64,000 nt of DNA from Macrostomum hystrix (GCA_950097015.1 CATNEN010000001.1:8246001-8310000), one strand, 5' to 3'. Positions 1 through 11,525 are shown, counted from the first letter of the stretch. The notes: generated by a model not told the origin, from the sequence alone. Translations and numbers: made by a program.

Positions 1-1384
1 CCTCAACCGGAGCCGACACCGCTCCCTGGGCCGTGGGAGGGGCGCTCGAAGGGCCCTGCTCGATGGAGCTGGGCACCTTAGAGGCCTCCCCCGTAGCCCT
101 TGGTTGCGGCGCCCGCCCCGGTGGGCCACCGCGCATCTCAGCGCGCAGCTGGGCCATCTTGGCGGTTCGCACCACCTCGGAGGCCCGCTGGAGAAGGCCC
201 TGGCGCTTTGTGATGCGCGCGGGGCGACGCTCAGAGCTGCCAGCGATGGCACGCTCTGGCCTTTTTTGGCGAGGCGACTGGGCCCTGCCCCCAGTCCCAG
301 CCTTGGGGTCCGAGGACCCTTCATTGGCCGACACGGTGGTGGGCCCGGTCTGACCCCGGGTTTTGTCGGCATCGTAGGCGAAGATTTTGGTCTTCCACAG
401 ACCGATGCAGACGTTTGCGCCATCTGGGTAACGGCGTGTCCATTGCTCGGACAGGCCCAGAATGGCGGTGAAGCCGGTGCCGTCGGGGCGCAGGATCGTG
501 CGGTGCACGATTAGGCCCGCTGTCGGAAGCTCCCGGTTCATCGCGATGAGGCCCATGCGGAGGTCCTCAGCGCTAGTAACGACGCTTTTCGCCGGGACGA
601 AAATGCGATGTCTTTTTGTCTGCGGCGGCTCGTTCTCCCGGAGGAAAGCGAGGTCGGCCGCCCAGATCTGCGTGGGCAGCAGCTCCAGGAGCCGCCGCCC
701 TGACTCCGCATCTCCGGGCCAGACAACAAAAAACGAGTCCCTGGTAGCACTCGCACCGACCGCCAGGGGCTCGCCTTTCAGTTGTAGTTGCCACAGCATA
801 GCGTCTATGCTGCGGCAGATGTCGCTGAGCCGCTCGCCGCTCAGCCGCTTGCCATCCTTGCCCGCGACCACGATGGCAGGTTGCCTGCGCGCGATGGTGG
901 CGTAGGTGGCCCGTGGTCCCGGGCCCTTTCCTGCCGCGTCCCCACTCTCGGGATTTGCGTCGGCGGTGGGCACGGGGCCCTCCGCCTCCACTCCTCCTTC
1001 AAGCCGAGCCGCCGGCCGGATGGGCGCCGGGACCTCCTTGGCCCGCGACCCTGGCCTCGGGGCGTCGTGGGCCCCGCCCTGGGCAGGGGCCTGGGCAGGA
1101 GGCACGGGGCCCCCCACCCTAGCCCCCGCCCTAGGCAGAGCCCCTTCGGCCCCTTTGGCCTGGGCCCGGTCCACGGTCGACGAAGCTGGCTTGCCTTGGG
1201 CCAGCAGGCGCCTACGGCGTTTCGCCGCTCCAGATGTCGTGGAGCGCTTTGTGCTTCGATCGCCGCGCGAGATGGGCATCGCGGCATTTGTGGCGGTCGC
1301 AGGGGCAGGCCCGGGCGCCGCAGCGTTTGTGACCTTGGGCACCGTGGTGCCCTCGGCCGTAGTAGAAGGTTGGCTGGAAGCCAT
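1..1384 (-). CDS. non-LTR retrotransposon ORF1 (gag-like, DUF4780-like), >=461 aa, open at the window edge
   Basis: ATG at 1384 reads MASSQPSTT...SGAAKRRRRLL...TYATIARRQPAIVVAGKDGKRLSGERL...FFVVWPGDAESGRRLL...RHRIFVP with no stop before position 1, which explains its absence from the ORF track. The plus-strand ORFs here are its antisense shadows. Family call from remembered motifs. Confidence 0.6.
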   Translation of the reverse strand, partial: MASSQPSTTAEGTTVPKVTNAAAPGPAPATATNAAMPISRGDRSTKRSTTSGAAKRRRRLLAQGKPASSTVDRAQAKGAEGALPRAGARVGGPVPPAQAPAQGGAHDAPRPGSRAKEVPAPIRPAARLEGGVEAEGPVPTADANPESGDAAGKGPGPRATYATIARRQPAIVVAGKDGKRLSGERLSDICRSIDAMLWQLQLKGEPLAVGASATRDSFFVVWPGDAESGRRLLELLPTQIWAADLAFLRENEPPQTKRHRIFVPAKSVVTSAEDLRMGLIAMNRELPTAGLIVHRTILRPDGTGFTAILGLSEQWTRRYPDGANVCIGLWKTKIFAYDADKTRGQTGPTTVSANEGSSDPKAGTGGRAQSPRQKRPERAIAGSSERRPARITKRQGLLQRASEVVRTAKMAQLRAEMRGGPPGRAPQPRATGEASKVPSSIEQGPSSAPPTAQGAVSAPVE

Positions 1385-1614
1385 TGCAGCTGCAAAGAGA
1401 AAATGGGGCTTCCTGTAGACACAGGCAGAAAAAACCCGCTCAGCCGCGATCCCAAAGCTGAGCGGGGGCAGCCAAAAAAGACAAGTTACAACCCGGGGTG
1501 GGATGCCAGGACCACCGGGAGGAACCGTAAGAGACCAGACTACTCCCTGGCCAAGCGTCCATCAGCACGGTCAACACTGGGACATTGGAGGGCGCCATTG
1601 AGCCAGCGCCGAGG

Positions 1615-1950
1615 CCTGCGGACTGGCCGCATACCCTGTTGAGGTCAAAGGGTGACACCTATCCCTCAGAGCCGTAGCCAGAGGTACCTGATCACGCACA
1701 GGTGCACGAACGCTGCGGACTGGCCGCATACCCTGTTGAGGTCAAAGGGTGACACCTCTCCCTCAGAGCCGTAGCCAGAGGTACCTGATCACGCACAGGT
1801 GCACGAACGCTGCGGACTGGCCGCATACCCTGTTAAGGTCAAAGGGTGGCACCCTTTCCTCAGAGCCGTAGCCAGAGGTACCTGATCACGCACAGGTGCA
1901 CGAAGCTGCGGAAAGGCCGCATACCCTGTTAAGGTCAAAGGGTGACACCT
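1615..1950. repeat. ~3.5 copies of a 97-bp tandem repeat in the LINE 5' region
   Basis: ggccgcataccctgtt recurs at 1625, 1722, 1819 and 1915. Confidence 0.9.
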
Positions 1951-2430
1951 ATTCCTCCAGCCGGGGCTAGAGGTACCCAGTTTGGCCGGAGGCCCTGGAT
2001 GGGTCATCCAGCGCTGTTGCCCATTCTGTCCGGCTGCCCTAGGGTCAGCCTTGAACACTCGCGGGACGTGTACCCATGGGTCAGCTGACGGGACAGCGTG
2101 GAGGAATTCCTGCACCCGAAGGGCACAGGTCTCCTTCCTGCCAAGCCTGCTCAAGAAACGACTGCAGGTGTGAGGCATCGCAGACCATAGCCCGTGGGCC
2201 TGGACTGACTCATACCTCACAGGCACTGTGTCCCGCCGGTGCGAGCTAGCAGCAGGTCCACTCCTGCCCAGCAGGTCCGCTCCTGCCCAGCAGCTCCGCT
2301 CCTGCCCCAGCAGCTCCGCTCCTGCCTAGCAGCTCCGCTCCTGCCCCAGCAGCTCCGCTCGCCACACTGCCCCCTCCCTCCTGACCATGGACTTTCATAT
2401 GTATGTTTCATTTTGTTGTATGCATGCAGT

Positions 2431-2813
2431 TGTAGCGACTTTTGGTTACGCGACTTGTTTGTACTTGCTCTGATTGTGTCTCTCTTTTCTTTATCGCTGC
2501 ACCCCCCTCCTTCCCCCTGCCCCTGCTACTCTCCACGAATGTACCCCAACCCCCCTTTCGTCGCTTTCCTTTGTCTGCCTATGTACATCTGAGGCGGGGT
2601 TTAACCCTATCCTTACTATCGATCGCTTCTCTCTAGCCGCTAGTGTTAAGTTCAAATATAATGTCTGGCCCTCTGGGCCTTTGTGAGTCATCCCCCATTG
2701 CGCTCTCTGTCTCGTTTGAGGTTTGGCCGTATGAACGGGCTCTTGCTGCGAAGATTCAATTAATTGCATGACTTCAACTCGCTTCGCTTCTTAATTCACT
2801 CGAAGTAAAGACA
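2431..2813 (+). repeat. 5' LTR of the BEL/Pao element
   Basis: Begins TGT, ends ACA and is followed immediately by a PBS. No second copy exists in the window to confirm the left boundary. Confidence 0.65.
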
Positions 2814-2825
2814 TGGCGCCCGAAC
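2814..2825 (+). promoter_or_regulatory. primer-binding site TGGCGCCCGAAC (tRNA-Lys-type)
   Basis: TGG start directly after the LTR-terminal CA; matches the first 12 nt of the canonical tRNA-Lys PBS TGGCGCCCGAACAGGGAC. Confidence 0.8.
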
Positions 2826-3400
2826 GAAAATAAGCCCTCTAGAAAAGTAAGTCGTCAGTCGTATTCTCATCGATTCGGTCGAAGTTGCCGGCGGTCTCGC
2901 TCACCTCTTTGTATGCTGCCGGTCTCGCTCGCCTCTTCGTCTGCTGCCGGCCTCGCTCGCTTCTTCACCTGCCTGCCGGCTTCGTTCGCTCTTCCGTCTA
3001 CTGGCTCACGCCTGCCGGCCTCGCTCGCTCCCTCGCATACCGGCTGGTGTCTGTCTCCCTATTTCGTGACTGTCTCATCAATTAACTGAACTGTCGAGAT
3101 AAGTAATAATAGATTTTACTGATCGCAATCCTATATTTATCATCTGTACTCGCTGGCTTTATTTTTACGTGTTTTCTCGTTATCTTGCAACTCAAACGTG
3201 TGTTTTTGCTCTTATTGTTATTTTGTTCTTCACGCATCTCAAAGCTAAAATTCTTCTGTTGCTTTCTCTGTCCTTTGAGTCTTTCTCTGCCTTTTTTTCT
3301 TCACCACTTCAAGGTCTTGCTGTATCCGCTTGCGGCATCCGTTGCGCTCTTCTCCTTGGGGTTCCGATCTTAGCCAGACGCACTTTCGCCAAGGTGGTCA

Positions 3401-6400
3401 ATGGATGAAGCCATCAGAAAGAGAGCGGCCATTCGGTCCGTTGTGACAAAGACCATAAATCGAGCAGAGAAGTGGCTGTCAGCTGGAAGTGGACGTGATG
3501 ACAAAATAAACGCTGAAGCGGAAGCATGCATTGATACTCTGAAGCAGAAACTGGGATTGATGGAGGAATTGGACCTGGACATTCAGAGTCAGATGGAAGA
3601 GGAAAAGCTGAGTCGTGAACAAGAAGAAGCTGATGAGTATGCATTCAGGTGTCGGAAGTACGTCAGATTGTTAGAGAAATCATTATCAAATGCGACTAAG
3701 TCTGTAACATCTGGACCTCAGGTCAAACTGCCGAAACGTCATATCCCTACATTTGACGGCACGGTGACGTCATGGCAAACGTATTGGGATCAGTTCTCCT
3801 CGTCAATCGATTCGAATAATCAGCTATCGGACATCGACAAGTTTAATTACCTCTTGGATTCGCTCTCTGAATCAGCCAAGTCCTGCATTCGTGGACTAAG
3901 TGTTACTTCAGCTAATTACAAGGTAGCTATCGATCTTCTACATCAACGCTTTGGTAAATCAGATCTGGTAATTCGAAGTCTAATGAACCAACTGTCAGAT
4001 ATTCACCTATCAGAGGTGTCATTAGCAGGCTTACGTTCGTTTCACGATGACATAGCTGCTGCCGTTCGAAGCTTGGAAGTTCAGGGAGTAATGTCGTCGG
4101 CTTATGAGGCATTGCTGTTGCCTAATCTGCTTCGTAAGTGTCCAAATGAATTTCGTCTCGACCTAATGAAGTGCGCGAGCCTGTCGAAGAAAGAAATCAA
4201 CAACATGGCTGTTCTGCTGGAGTTTCTACAGACGGAAATTCAAGTTCGAGAGAACGCAGCAGTGGGCGGTAAGAAATCGAGCAACTCAGAAGCCAGTCGA
4301 CATTGCCTTCAACCTAAGTCTTCGCTTGCAACGTTAACCGTGCAGTCACGAAATGATCGACAAGCTGTCATGAAGATCTTTTGTACGTACTGTGGCTCGG
4401 ACCATACATCTGAGAAGTGTTCGAAGTTGGTCTCGGTGGATGCTCGAATCGAATTTCTGAAGAAGGAGCAGCGTTGCTTTCGGTGCCTCAGGTCAGGTCA
4501 TTCATCAAGGACGTGTCATGATTCCCGGCGATGCAGAAACTGTTCAGGCGCTCACCATGTCAGCATCTGCAATTGTGGCCTGTCAGATGGACAGGGGTCG
4601 GGCTTCAAAATGAAAGCAAAGAGTATCAATTCGACAGTCAAGAGTGGCGCGGTCCAGAACAAGACCTTTGCCAATACGAAGAAGGACGTCATTCGGCAGG
4701 TGCAGACTGGGAGTACGAACGCGGCACAGAGTGAACCTGAATCTGTGGGTTCAACGGAAGGAAACTTTGCTCTCTCCATGTTCATCAATCGTAACCCCGC
4801 TGTCGCTCTTCCAGTTGCAAAGGCAATTCTGATTGCTCCTGACGGACGTCGAGAACTGCTGGTGAGGGTTCTGCTGGATACCGCAAGCAATCGGTCGTAT
4901 ATTCGAGAAGACGTATGCGACTTGCTCCAGTTTAAACGGTTTGCTGAGGAAAGTTTGAAAGTCTCTGCCTTTTCTGGAATCGCTACGACGGTGAACTCTT
5001 CAAGAGTGAAATTCCACATTCGCAAGGTTGACTCCATGGAGATCATCAGACTGGAAGCTAATGTCGTAAAGCAGATCTGTCAGCCTCAGACTTCAGTTAT
5101 CGTCAATTCGTTTCAACACCTTCGTGATGTAGACCTAGCGGATCCATATGACCCACGTGACATCAGTACTCCAATCTCGATCCTCGTAGGCTCAGATCAA
5201 TACTTCCAAATTGTAGGCGACAACGTGATTCGTGGCACCTCAGGACCAGTCGCCATTTCCTCTAAGCTAGGTTTCCTTCTCTGTGGTCCTCTAGCGATCG
5301 AGGGGTCAGCCAATGATGAGCCCATCGTTTCCGAAGATTCAGCTGATTGTAGTACGGCTCAGACCTTGTGCTGCGCTACTCCTGATGATGCCTTTGTCAC
5401 AACTGACTCGTCGAAGTGTAACCTCTCTTCATTCTGGCGACTTGAAGCACTAGGGATCAGTGAGCAAAAGGATGATTCCACGGAGGGTTCGTTTATCTGT
5501 AATCCAAGGCTCGAGAACGGTCGGTACAGCGTCAGTCTACCATGGAAATACCCGGAAGGCTCAGTGCCGTTGGATGATCACTTCGACATGGCGTACAGTA
5601 GACTGTCGTCCACAACTCGTGCTCTGAGGAAGGATCCAGAGACTCTGACAAAGTATAGCGGAATCATTTCGGAACAGGAAGCTTCTGGCATAATCGAGAA
5701 GGTGCCCGAGAAAGATCTTGGCAAGAACACTTGTCATTATATGCCTCATCACCACGTCATAAAGTCAGACAGTGAGCACACAAAGATACGTATTGTGTTT
5801 GATGGATCTGCCAGACTTCGAACAGGCGACTTCTCAATCAATGATCTTCTTCAAGCTGGTCCGACTGATGTACCTCTGATCCCAGAAATTCTGATGAGAT
5901 TTCGCAAACATCCGATCGCCATCATAGGTGACATAGAAAAAGCCTTCTTGCAGATTGCCATCGATAGTGAGGACAGAGACTATCTGAGATTTCTGTGGAC
6001 TAACCCGAGTGAGTCGGACAAGGTTTTTCACTATCGCTTCTGTAGATTGCCGTTCGGTCTTACGTGCTCTCCTGGGGTCTTGAGAGCTACGGTCCTTCAA
6101 CACATTGATAGCCAGAAGAATAATTTTCCACTCGCCGCTGAGATTATTCGCAAAGACTTGTACGTCGACAATTTAGTGACAAGCTGTAAATCTCTAAGTG
6201 ACGCATTCAATCTCTACAACGATGCAAAAAATATCTTCAACCTGGCTGGCATGAATATGCGACAGTGGAAATCCAACTCAGATTCGTTCAGCAGCTCGCT
6301 ACCCGATCAGGATGTTGGTCATACAGAAAAAGTGCTTGGACTCCACTGGGACTCGGTCAGGGACACATTCGTCATGCAGTTTTCTGAACTAGTTACCCAC

Positions 6401-8734
6401 GTCAACGGATCCTCTTCAACCAAGAGGTCGATGCTAGGAGTACTTGCGTCTGTGTACGATCCGTTAGGAATCTTGTCACCCTCTTTGACTGTTGTCAAGG
6501 TGATGCTACAGAAACTGTGTGTTCGCAAGTCGGGTTGGGACGACGAACTTCCGCCAGATATCGCCGAGAGTTGGAACCGTTGGTTACAGTCGTTGTCGAG
6601 CTCACGCTTCGAAGTTCCTCGCTACCTTTTCGCCGATCTCGATTCGGAGCCAGTTCGAATGGAATTACATGGATTCTGTGATGCAAGCGAATCTGCTTAC
6701 GCTGCCTGTGTCTACATTCAGGCCCGGTCGGAAACAGACAACGTTTCAACGCATTTAATTCAGGCCAAAACGCGCGTGGCACCGCTATCAAATCTTAGCA
6801 TCGCTAGACTAGAACTGCTGGGAGCCCTAATCTTAGCTCGTCTAATACGCACGGTGTCTTTGCAATTTCCCAGCATGACGCGTTATCTCTGGACAGACAG
6901 CAAGACAACTCTGCAGTGGATCACCAACACCGACAAGCTTCGCCAAGTTTTCGTTCAAAACCGCGTTAAGGAGATCCGGACTCTCACGTCAACGTCCGAG
7001 TGGCGACATGTTCCCAGGGAACTGAACCCCGCCGACCTGCCATCTCGAGGCTGTCTTCCAGGGCAGCTACAGAAAAACAAGGTGTGGTTTAGTGGTCCCG
7101 AATTTCTTCGATCAGGCATCTACCCAGTTTCGTCTGAAGATAAGCATTCGAGCGCAGTCGCGGAAGATCATAACTCTGCAGAAGCACTATCAACAGTCGC
7201 TGAACAGCCCATGGAATCTAAGAACGTCGATCGTATCTCTTTAATCATTGACATCGGCAAGTTTTCGAACTATTCGAGAGTTTTACGCGTCCTAGCATGG
7301 GTACAAAGATTTGTCCGCAACCTACGGAGTGCTCGAGCTCAATCGTTAGTCAATAGATCAAGGACGGTGACCGCCGAAGAGTTGACTGATGCAGAAATCC
7401 TATTGGTAAGGTCAATTCAAAGGGAATCGTTTTCAAAAGAAAACGATCACATTCGGCGTAGCTCTGCTGCAACACATCTGAACAGGAACTTGAATCTGTG
7501 GTTAGATGATAAGGGACTTTTGCGTTCACAAGGTCGTATCTCCGCACTGTCCTTCGAAGTTAATAATCCTATCTTAGTACCTCGCCACAGTCACTTGGAG
7601 CAGCTCATTATTCGACAAGCTCATCAGTCCGTTGCTCACGGGGGAGTTGCCTCAACGCTTAGTAAAGTTCGTGAAAAATATTGGATTCTGAAGGGACGTC
7701 AACGAACTAAGCAAGAACTATCGAAGTGTGTGGTGTGTAGGAAGGTACAAGGACGCTCATACGTTGTACCTCAGATCTCTCAGCTACCTGAGTTTCGCCT
7801 TTCCGACATCCGACCCTTTCAATCAGTCGGCGTGGACTACTGTGGTCCGATATTCTATCGGACGGGGGAGGATGGTTGTGACTCTCGGAAGGCGTACATT
7901 CTACTTCTCACATGCTCATCGACTCGCGCAGTGCATCTGGAACTGCTTCCTGACATGACCGCATCGCAGTTCTTGAATGGATTACGTCGTTTTGTCAGTC
8001 GTCGCGGAATACCTTCCATCATCAGTGACAATGCCAAGACGTTCAAGGCTGCCGCGAATATTCTTGGAGCTAGCACCAGCTATGAAGTTCAATCATTCTG
8101 TGCCAACAAGAAAATCTCTTGGGAGTTCATTCCGGAGAAGGCCCCGTGGTGGGGCGGATTTTGGGAAAGACTCGTTGGAATCGTTAAGGATGGATTGAAA
8201 AAGAGCATTGGCAAAGCTCTGCTAACATTCGATGAGCTATCAACTTCGGTTATCGAAATGGAATCTGTGGTGAACAGTCGACCACTTATGTATGTGTCGG
8301 CGGATGAGATCAACGACGTATTGACGCCTGCGCACTTTCTCTTCGGAACTCGGTTGACTCAGGAGCCAACTCTCTCGTCGAACCGTATCGCCAACGTCCT
8401 GCCATTGCCAGCTCGACTCAAACATCTCAGAAGAGCGTTGAATGTTTTTTGGGATGTATGGAAAACGTCATATGTCACCGCCCTGCGTGAGAAAGCGCTC
8501 AAGTCGCATGGAGGAGGACCAGTTGCAAAACCCGGAGACGTCGTTTTGGTTCAGGGAGAGCCGCATCAGCCAAGACTGCAATGGAAGATGGGTGTGGTAG
8601 AGTCTGTCCGTGAGGGTCGAGATGGTGCCGTTCGTTCCGCAGTTGTACGTCTGGCGAAGGAAAGGGGCTCTCGGGGGGCTGAGCGCATCAGACGGCCTGT
8701 CCAAGCTCTCATTCCTCTTGAATTGTGCATCTAA
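3401..8734 (+). CDS. gag-pol: BEL/Pao gag-pol polyprotein (1777 aa)
   Basis: DUF1759-like gag (KLPKRHIPTFDG), three Cys-His knuckles (CTYCGSDH, CFRCLRSGH, CRNCSGAHH), protease LLDTAS, RT DIEKAFLQI/YVDN, RNase H LHGFCDAS/LELLGA/NPAD, integrase DYCGP/SDNA/GGFWERLV, C-terminal GRDGAVR. Confidence 0.97.
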   Translation: MDEAIRKRAAIRSVVTKTINRAEKWLSAGSGRDDKINAEAEACIDTLKQKLGLMEELDLDIQSQMEEEKLSREQEEADEYAFRCRKYVRLLEKSLSNATKSVTSGPQVKLPKRHIPTFDGTVTSWQTYWDQFSSSIDSNNQLSDIDKFNYLLDSLSESAKSCIRGLSVTSANYKVAIDLLHQRFGKSDLVIRSLMNQLSDIHLSEVSLAGLRSFHDDIAAAVRSLEVQGVMSSAYEALLLPNLLRKCPNEFRLDLMKCASLSKKEINNMAVLLEFLQTEIQVRENAAVGGKKSSNSEASRHCLQPKSSLATLTVQSRNDRQAVMKIFCTYCGSDHTSEKCSKLVSVDARIEFLKKEQRCFRCLRSGHSSRTCHDSRRCRNCSGAHHVSICNCGLSDGQGSGFKMKAKSINSTVKSGAVQNKTFANTKKDVIRQVQTGSTNAAQSEPESVGSTEGNFALSMFINRNPAVALPVAKAILIAPDGRRELLVRVLLDTASNRSYIREDVCDLLQFKRFAEESLKVSAFSGIATTVNSSRVKFHIRKVDSMEIIRLEANVVKQICQPQTSVIVNSFQHLRDVDLADPYDPRDISTPISILVGSDQYFQIVGDNVIRGTSGPVAISSKLGFLLCGPLAIEGSANDEPIVSEDSADCSTAQTLCCATPDDAFVTTDSSKCNLSSFWRLEALGISEQKDDSTEGSFICNPRLENGRYSVSLPWKYPEGSVPLDDHFDMAYSRLSSTTRALRKDPETLTKYSGIISEQEASGIIEKVPEKDLGKNTCHYMPHHHVIKSDSEHTKIRIVFDGSARLRTGDFSINDLLQAGPTDVPLIPEILMRFRKHPIAIIGDIEKAFLQIAIDSEDRDYLRFLWTNPSESDKVFHYRFCRLPFGLTCSPGVLRATVLQHIDSQKNNFPLAAEIIRKDLYVDNLVTSCKSLSDAFNLYNDAKNIFNLAGMNMRQWKSNSDSFSSSLPDQDVGHTEKVLGLHWDSVRDTFVMQFSELVTHVNGSSSTKRSMLGVLASVYDPLGILSPSLTVVKVMLQKLCVRKSGWDDELPPDIAESWNRWLQSLSSSRFEVPRYLFADLDSEPVRMELHGFCDASESAYAACVYIQARSETDNVSTHLIQAKTRVAPLSNLSIARLELLGALILARLIRTVSLQFPSMTRYLWTDSKTTLQWITNTDKLRQVFVQNRVKEIRTLTSTSEWRHVPRELNPADLPSRGCLPGQLQKNKVWFSGPEFLRSGIYPVSSEDKHSSAVAEDHNSAEALSTVAEQPMESKNVDRISLIIDIGKFSNYSRVLRVLAWVQRFVRNLRSARAQSLVNRSRTVTAEELTDAEILLVRSIQRESFSKENDHIRRSSAATHLNRNLNLWLDDKGLLRSQGRISALSFEVNNPILVPRHSHLEQLIIRQAHQSVAHGGVASTLSKVREKYWILKGRQRTKQELSKCVVCRKVQGRSYVVPQISQLPEFRLSDIRPFQSVGVDYCGPIFYRTGEDGCDSRKAYILLLTCSSTRAVHLELLPDMTASQFLNGLRRFVSRRGIPSIISDNAKTFKAAANILGASTSYEVQSFCANKKISWEFIPEKAPWWGGFWERLVGIVKDGLKKSIGKALLTFDELSTSVIEMESVVNSRPLMYVSADEINDVLTPAHFLFGTRLTQEPTLSSNRIANVLPLPARLKHLRRALNVFWDVWKTSYVTALREKALKSHGGGPVAKPGDVVLVQGEPHQPRLQWKMGVVESVREGRDGAVRSAVVRLAKERGSRGAERIRRPVQALIPLELCI

Positions 8735-9302
8735 TCCGTCTCCGTCTCGGATCTCTGTTTCTCTAAATCTTTCTGTTCTGTTCATTGGTGCGAGATCAGC
8801 TACCTTGATAATTTTTGCTCATTTTTTTGTTCTCGACTCTTGTTATCGCGTTTCCATCTGTTCTCATTCACTTACCCTTTTTTGCTTCCCTGACCCTCAT
8901 TTGTACCCGGTAGTTATCATTCAGTCATTTATTTTTTTGCGCAGTAAACGAGATGAAGCAAAGATTCTTAATAAGCGGAAATATGAGATTGAGCATAAAA
9001 TCAAACATGAGATTCAGAATGAGTTGAAATACAAGATCGAGCATAAGATTAAACATGAAAGACATGAAATTCAAACGCTACTTATCTTTTATAGCCAGTC
9101 AACCAGGTCCCGCAACCGGTAGACGTCCCGGCACAATGGTAGAACTGGAAAAAATTATTCATTATGTAATTGATGCAAAAGACAAGATGCTTCTGTGTTT
9201 TTGTTCCATTATAAGATATGACTATGAAAGACATGAAATTCAAACGCTACTTATCTTTTATAACAAATCAACCAGGTCCCGCAACTGGTAGGGACCTGGG
9301 AC

Positions 9303-11525
9303 TTAGTCCTCCTCAGTCATGTAGCTCATCAGGCAATCAGCCTCCTCATCGGAGCACTCCAACAGCTCAGTTGGAGCTGCTCGACTGTGATGCGGCTGCA
9401 AAGAATGCCTTTTTTGCGAGGCATGACTGACCAGCTGCGAGCCAGGTCTTTTACCGCCGGCTGGCGGGGCGACGGCTGGCGAACTCGTGGCAGATGACCC
9501 TGGACCAGAGGCTGACACTGACAGGCGTCGATGCGGTCTGGCTCCTCGGCGGTCCTTGGCTCGATGGAGCATGTCGCAGATTCGGCTACCGACGAACGTG
9601 GCCGTCAATTCTTCGACGGCGTCCACTGTGATCGTCGGGCCGTAGATGCTGGTGGCTGCATTCTGGACATGTCGCAAAAGGACGCTCCTGAACCCAAGGT
9701 ACGTGTCGGACAACCGCGTTACGACTCCGTCCTGGATGCATTTTGCGCGAAGGCCTACACCGCTGTAATTAACTTTCTCTGCATCTCTGGAGTCAAGCAG
9801 GTGTCTAACCACGAGCGGAAGGTGGCTGCGACAGTCGCCGTTTTTAGGTTGGGCAGGGCTTGTTTTAACTCGTAAGTCCACTCTGCAGGCGTGTTCTCCG
9901 CGTAGTGGACATACGTCTCCCAAGAGTCGATGGGCCAGAACTGGAGCTGTCGCACTGGCTGCTGGTCTTTCGCTAACGACAGGCGCAGTTGCTGCACTTC
10001 CTCCTTAACGGAGGCCAGCTCGGTGGCTAGTTTCTCCTGTCTGGCTTCCATCTTCTTATACGCTCGGGTACTCTCGCGCAATGCGAGCAGGGCGACGTAC
10101 AGAAGACCGCGATTGCTTCCTAATGGGAAATCCACCTCCGACTGTACAGAAGACCGCGATTGCTTCCTAATGGGAAATCCACCTCCGACTGTATTTGCTG
10201 CTCCAGTCGTGTGATGAAGATGCCCGGGATGTTTCGGAAAACTGCTGAAGTCACCTCGGCATCGTCTGCTTTCGCTGCTTCTGTATCTGCCTCTGCTTCC
10301 GCTGCTGCCTCTGCTTCCACCGCTGCTGCCTCTGCTTCCGCTGCTTCTGCTGCTTCCGCTGCTGCCGCTGCTTCCGCTGCTTCCGCTGCTGCCGCTGCTT
10401 CCGCTGCTGCCTCTGCTTCCGCTGCTGCCTTTGCAGCTGCCGCCTTAGCTGCCGCGGCTTTTGCAGATGCTATGGACGCAGATTTCGGAATCGTAGACGG
10501 CAGTGGCACCAGCTTTGCGACAGTAGACGGCACGTCTACGTAGGGCAGCTTTAGAATCGGCGCTTCAGATTCAACTGGCTCCTCCGAACATCCAAAAAAG
10601 CCGTCGGTGTCGGACGCAGAACCAGTGGATACGTCCTGTTAGGTCGGATAAGTTGGAGGATAAGTAAGTCAGGAAAATATTGGGGTTACTGGCATTGGAT
10701 GATTATCAATATTGATTGATTATCAATAATAGTGATTGTAATTAGATAATCCAATTTTGGTGGATAATCGTTGTTAGTGATTGATTATTGATAATCGATT
10801 TATTAAGAGATTCGATAGGTAGATAGAGATAGGTAGATGTGTGCGTATGGAGATGGAGAAAAAGAGAGTGGACAGACAAAACAGAATGTAACTAAAAATG
10901 AATAACGTGACTTTTAAACAGCAAAATATAACATGAGGGTTCTTGATGATGAGAATCTAGAATCAGAATCTAGGATGAGAATCTAAGATAATCGATGGAT
11001 AATCGATGGATTAAAATCTAGGATGAGAATCTAGAATGATAATCTAGAATGATAATCTAGAATGATAATCTAGGATGAGAATTTAAGATAATCGATGAAT
11101 GAGAATCTAGGATGTGAATCTAGGATGAGAATCTAGGATGAGAATCTAGGATGAGACTTTTAAACAGCAAAAATGTAACTTACAACACACTGAAAATCGC
11201 GTCGCGCCCGCCGCATATCTTCAGCGTTGAGCACCCTCGGTTTCAATTGCCGAATTATTTCGACAATTGTCCGTTTCTTCTGAATCAGCTTGCGGACAAA
11301 GCTTAGGCTGGGTGGCTCCAGAGTGTCATCCAGGTATACCTGGAGGACTTCAGCAGCGTAGACACAGCCTGCATATTTGGCCGTGCAGTGCCACCTCTCT
11401 TCACTGTCTCTTAACAGTGACAACTCAGTTACTGTCAGACTTTTCCACTTTTCACATTCAACTAAATCACTTTCCTCAATTTCGATAACCTGCCTGTCGG
11501 CCTCGAATACGATCAAGAACTTCAT
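9303..11525 (-). pseudogene. two-exon DUF4806/BEN-like protein gene with two frameshifts (exon 1 11525-11184, exon 2 from 10635)
   Basis: Phase-0 GT-AG intron joins MKFLIVFEAD...FQCV to DVSTGS..., an Ala/Glu-rich linker and a coiled coil, then ...LTPEMQRK/VNYSG...HRAKDRRGAR. A 47-bp tandem duplication (10098-10191) and a second shift near 9775 break the frame. Confidence 0.6.

Larger units (their letters stand above)
1..2390 (-). mobile_element. 5' portion of a non-LTR retrotransposon (probably LOA/R1-like), running off the left edge
   Basis: GC-rich block with a long minus-strand ORF1 and ~1 kb of upstream sequence containing tandem repeats; abrupt switch to AT-rich sequence at ~2390. Boundary approximate. 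Confidence 0.6.
2431..8940 (+). mobile_element. BEL/Pao LTR retrotransposon, 3' LTR missing
   Basis: LTR + PBS + single gag-pol ORF; right end approximate. Confidence 0.9.

Noticed and set aside
33-1642. Plus-strand GC-rich ORFs
   Set aside because: Antisense shadows of the minus-strand ORF1.
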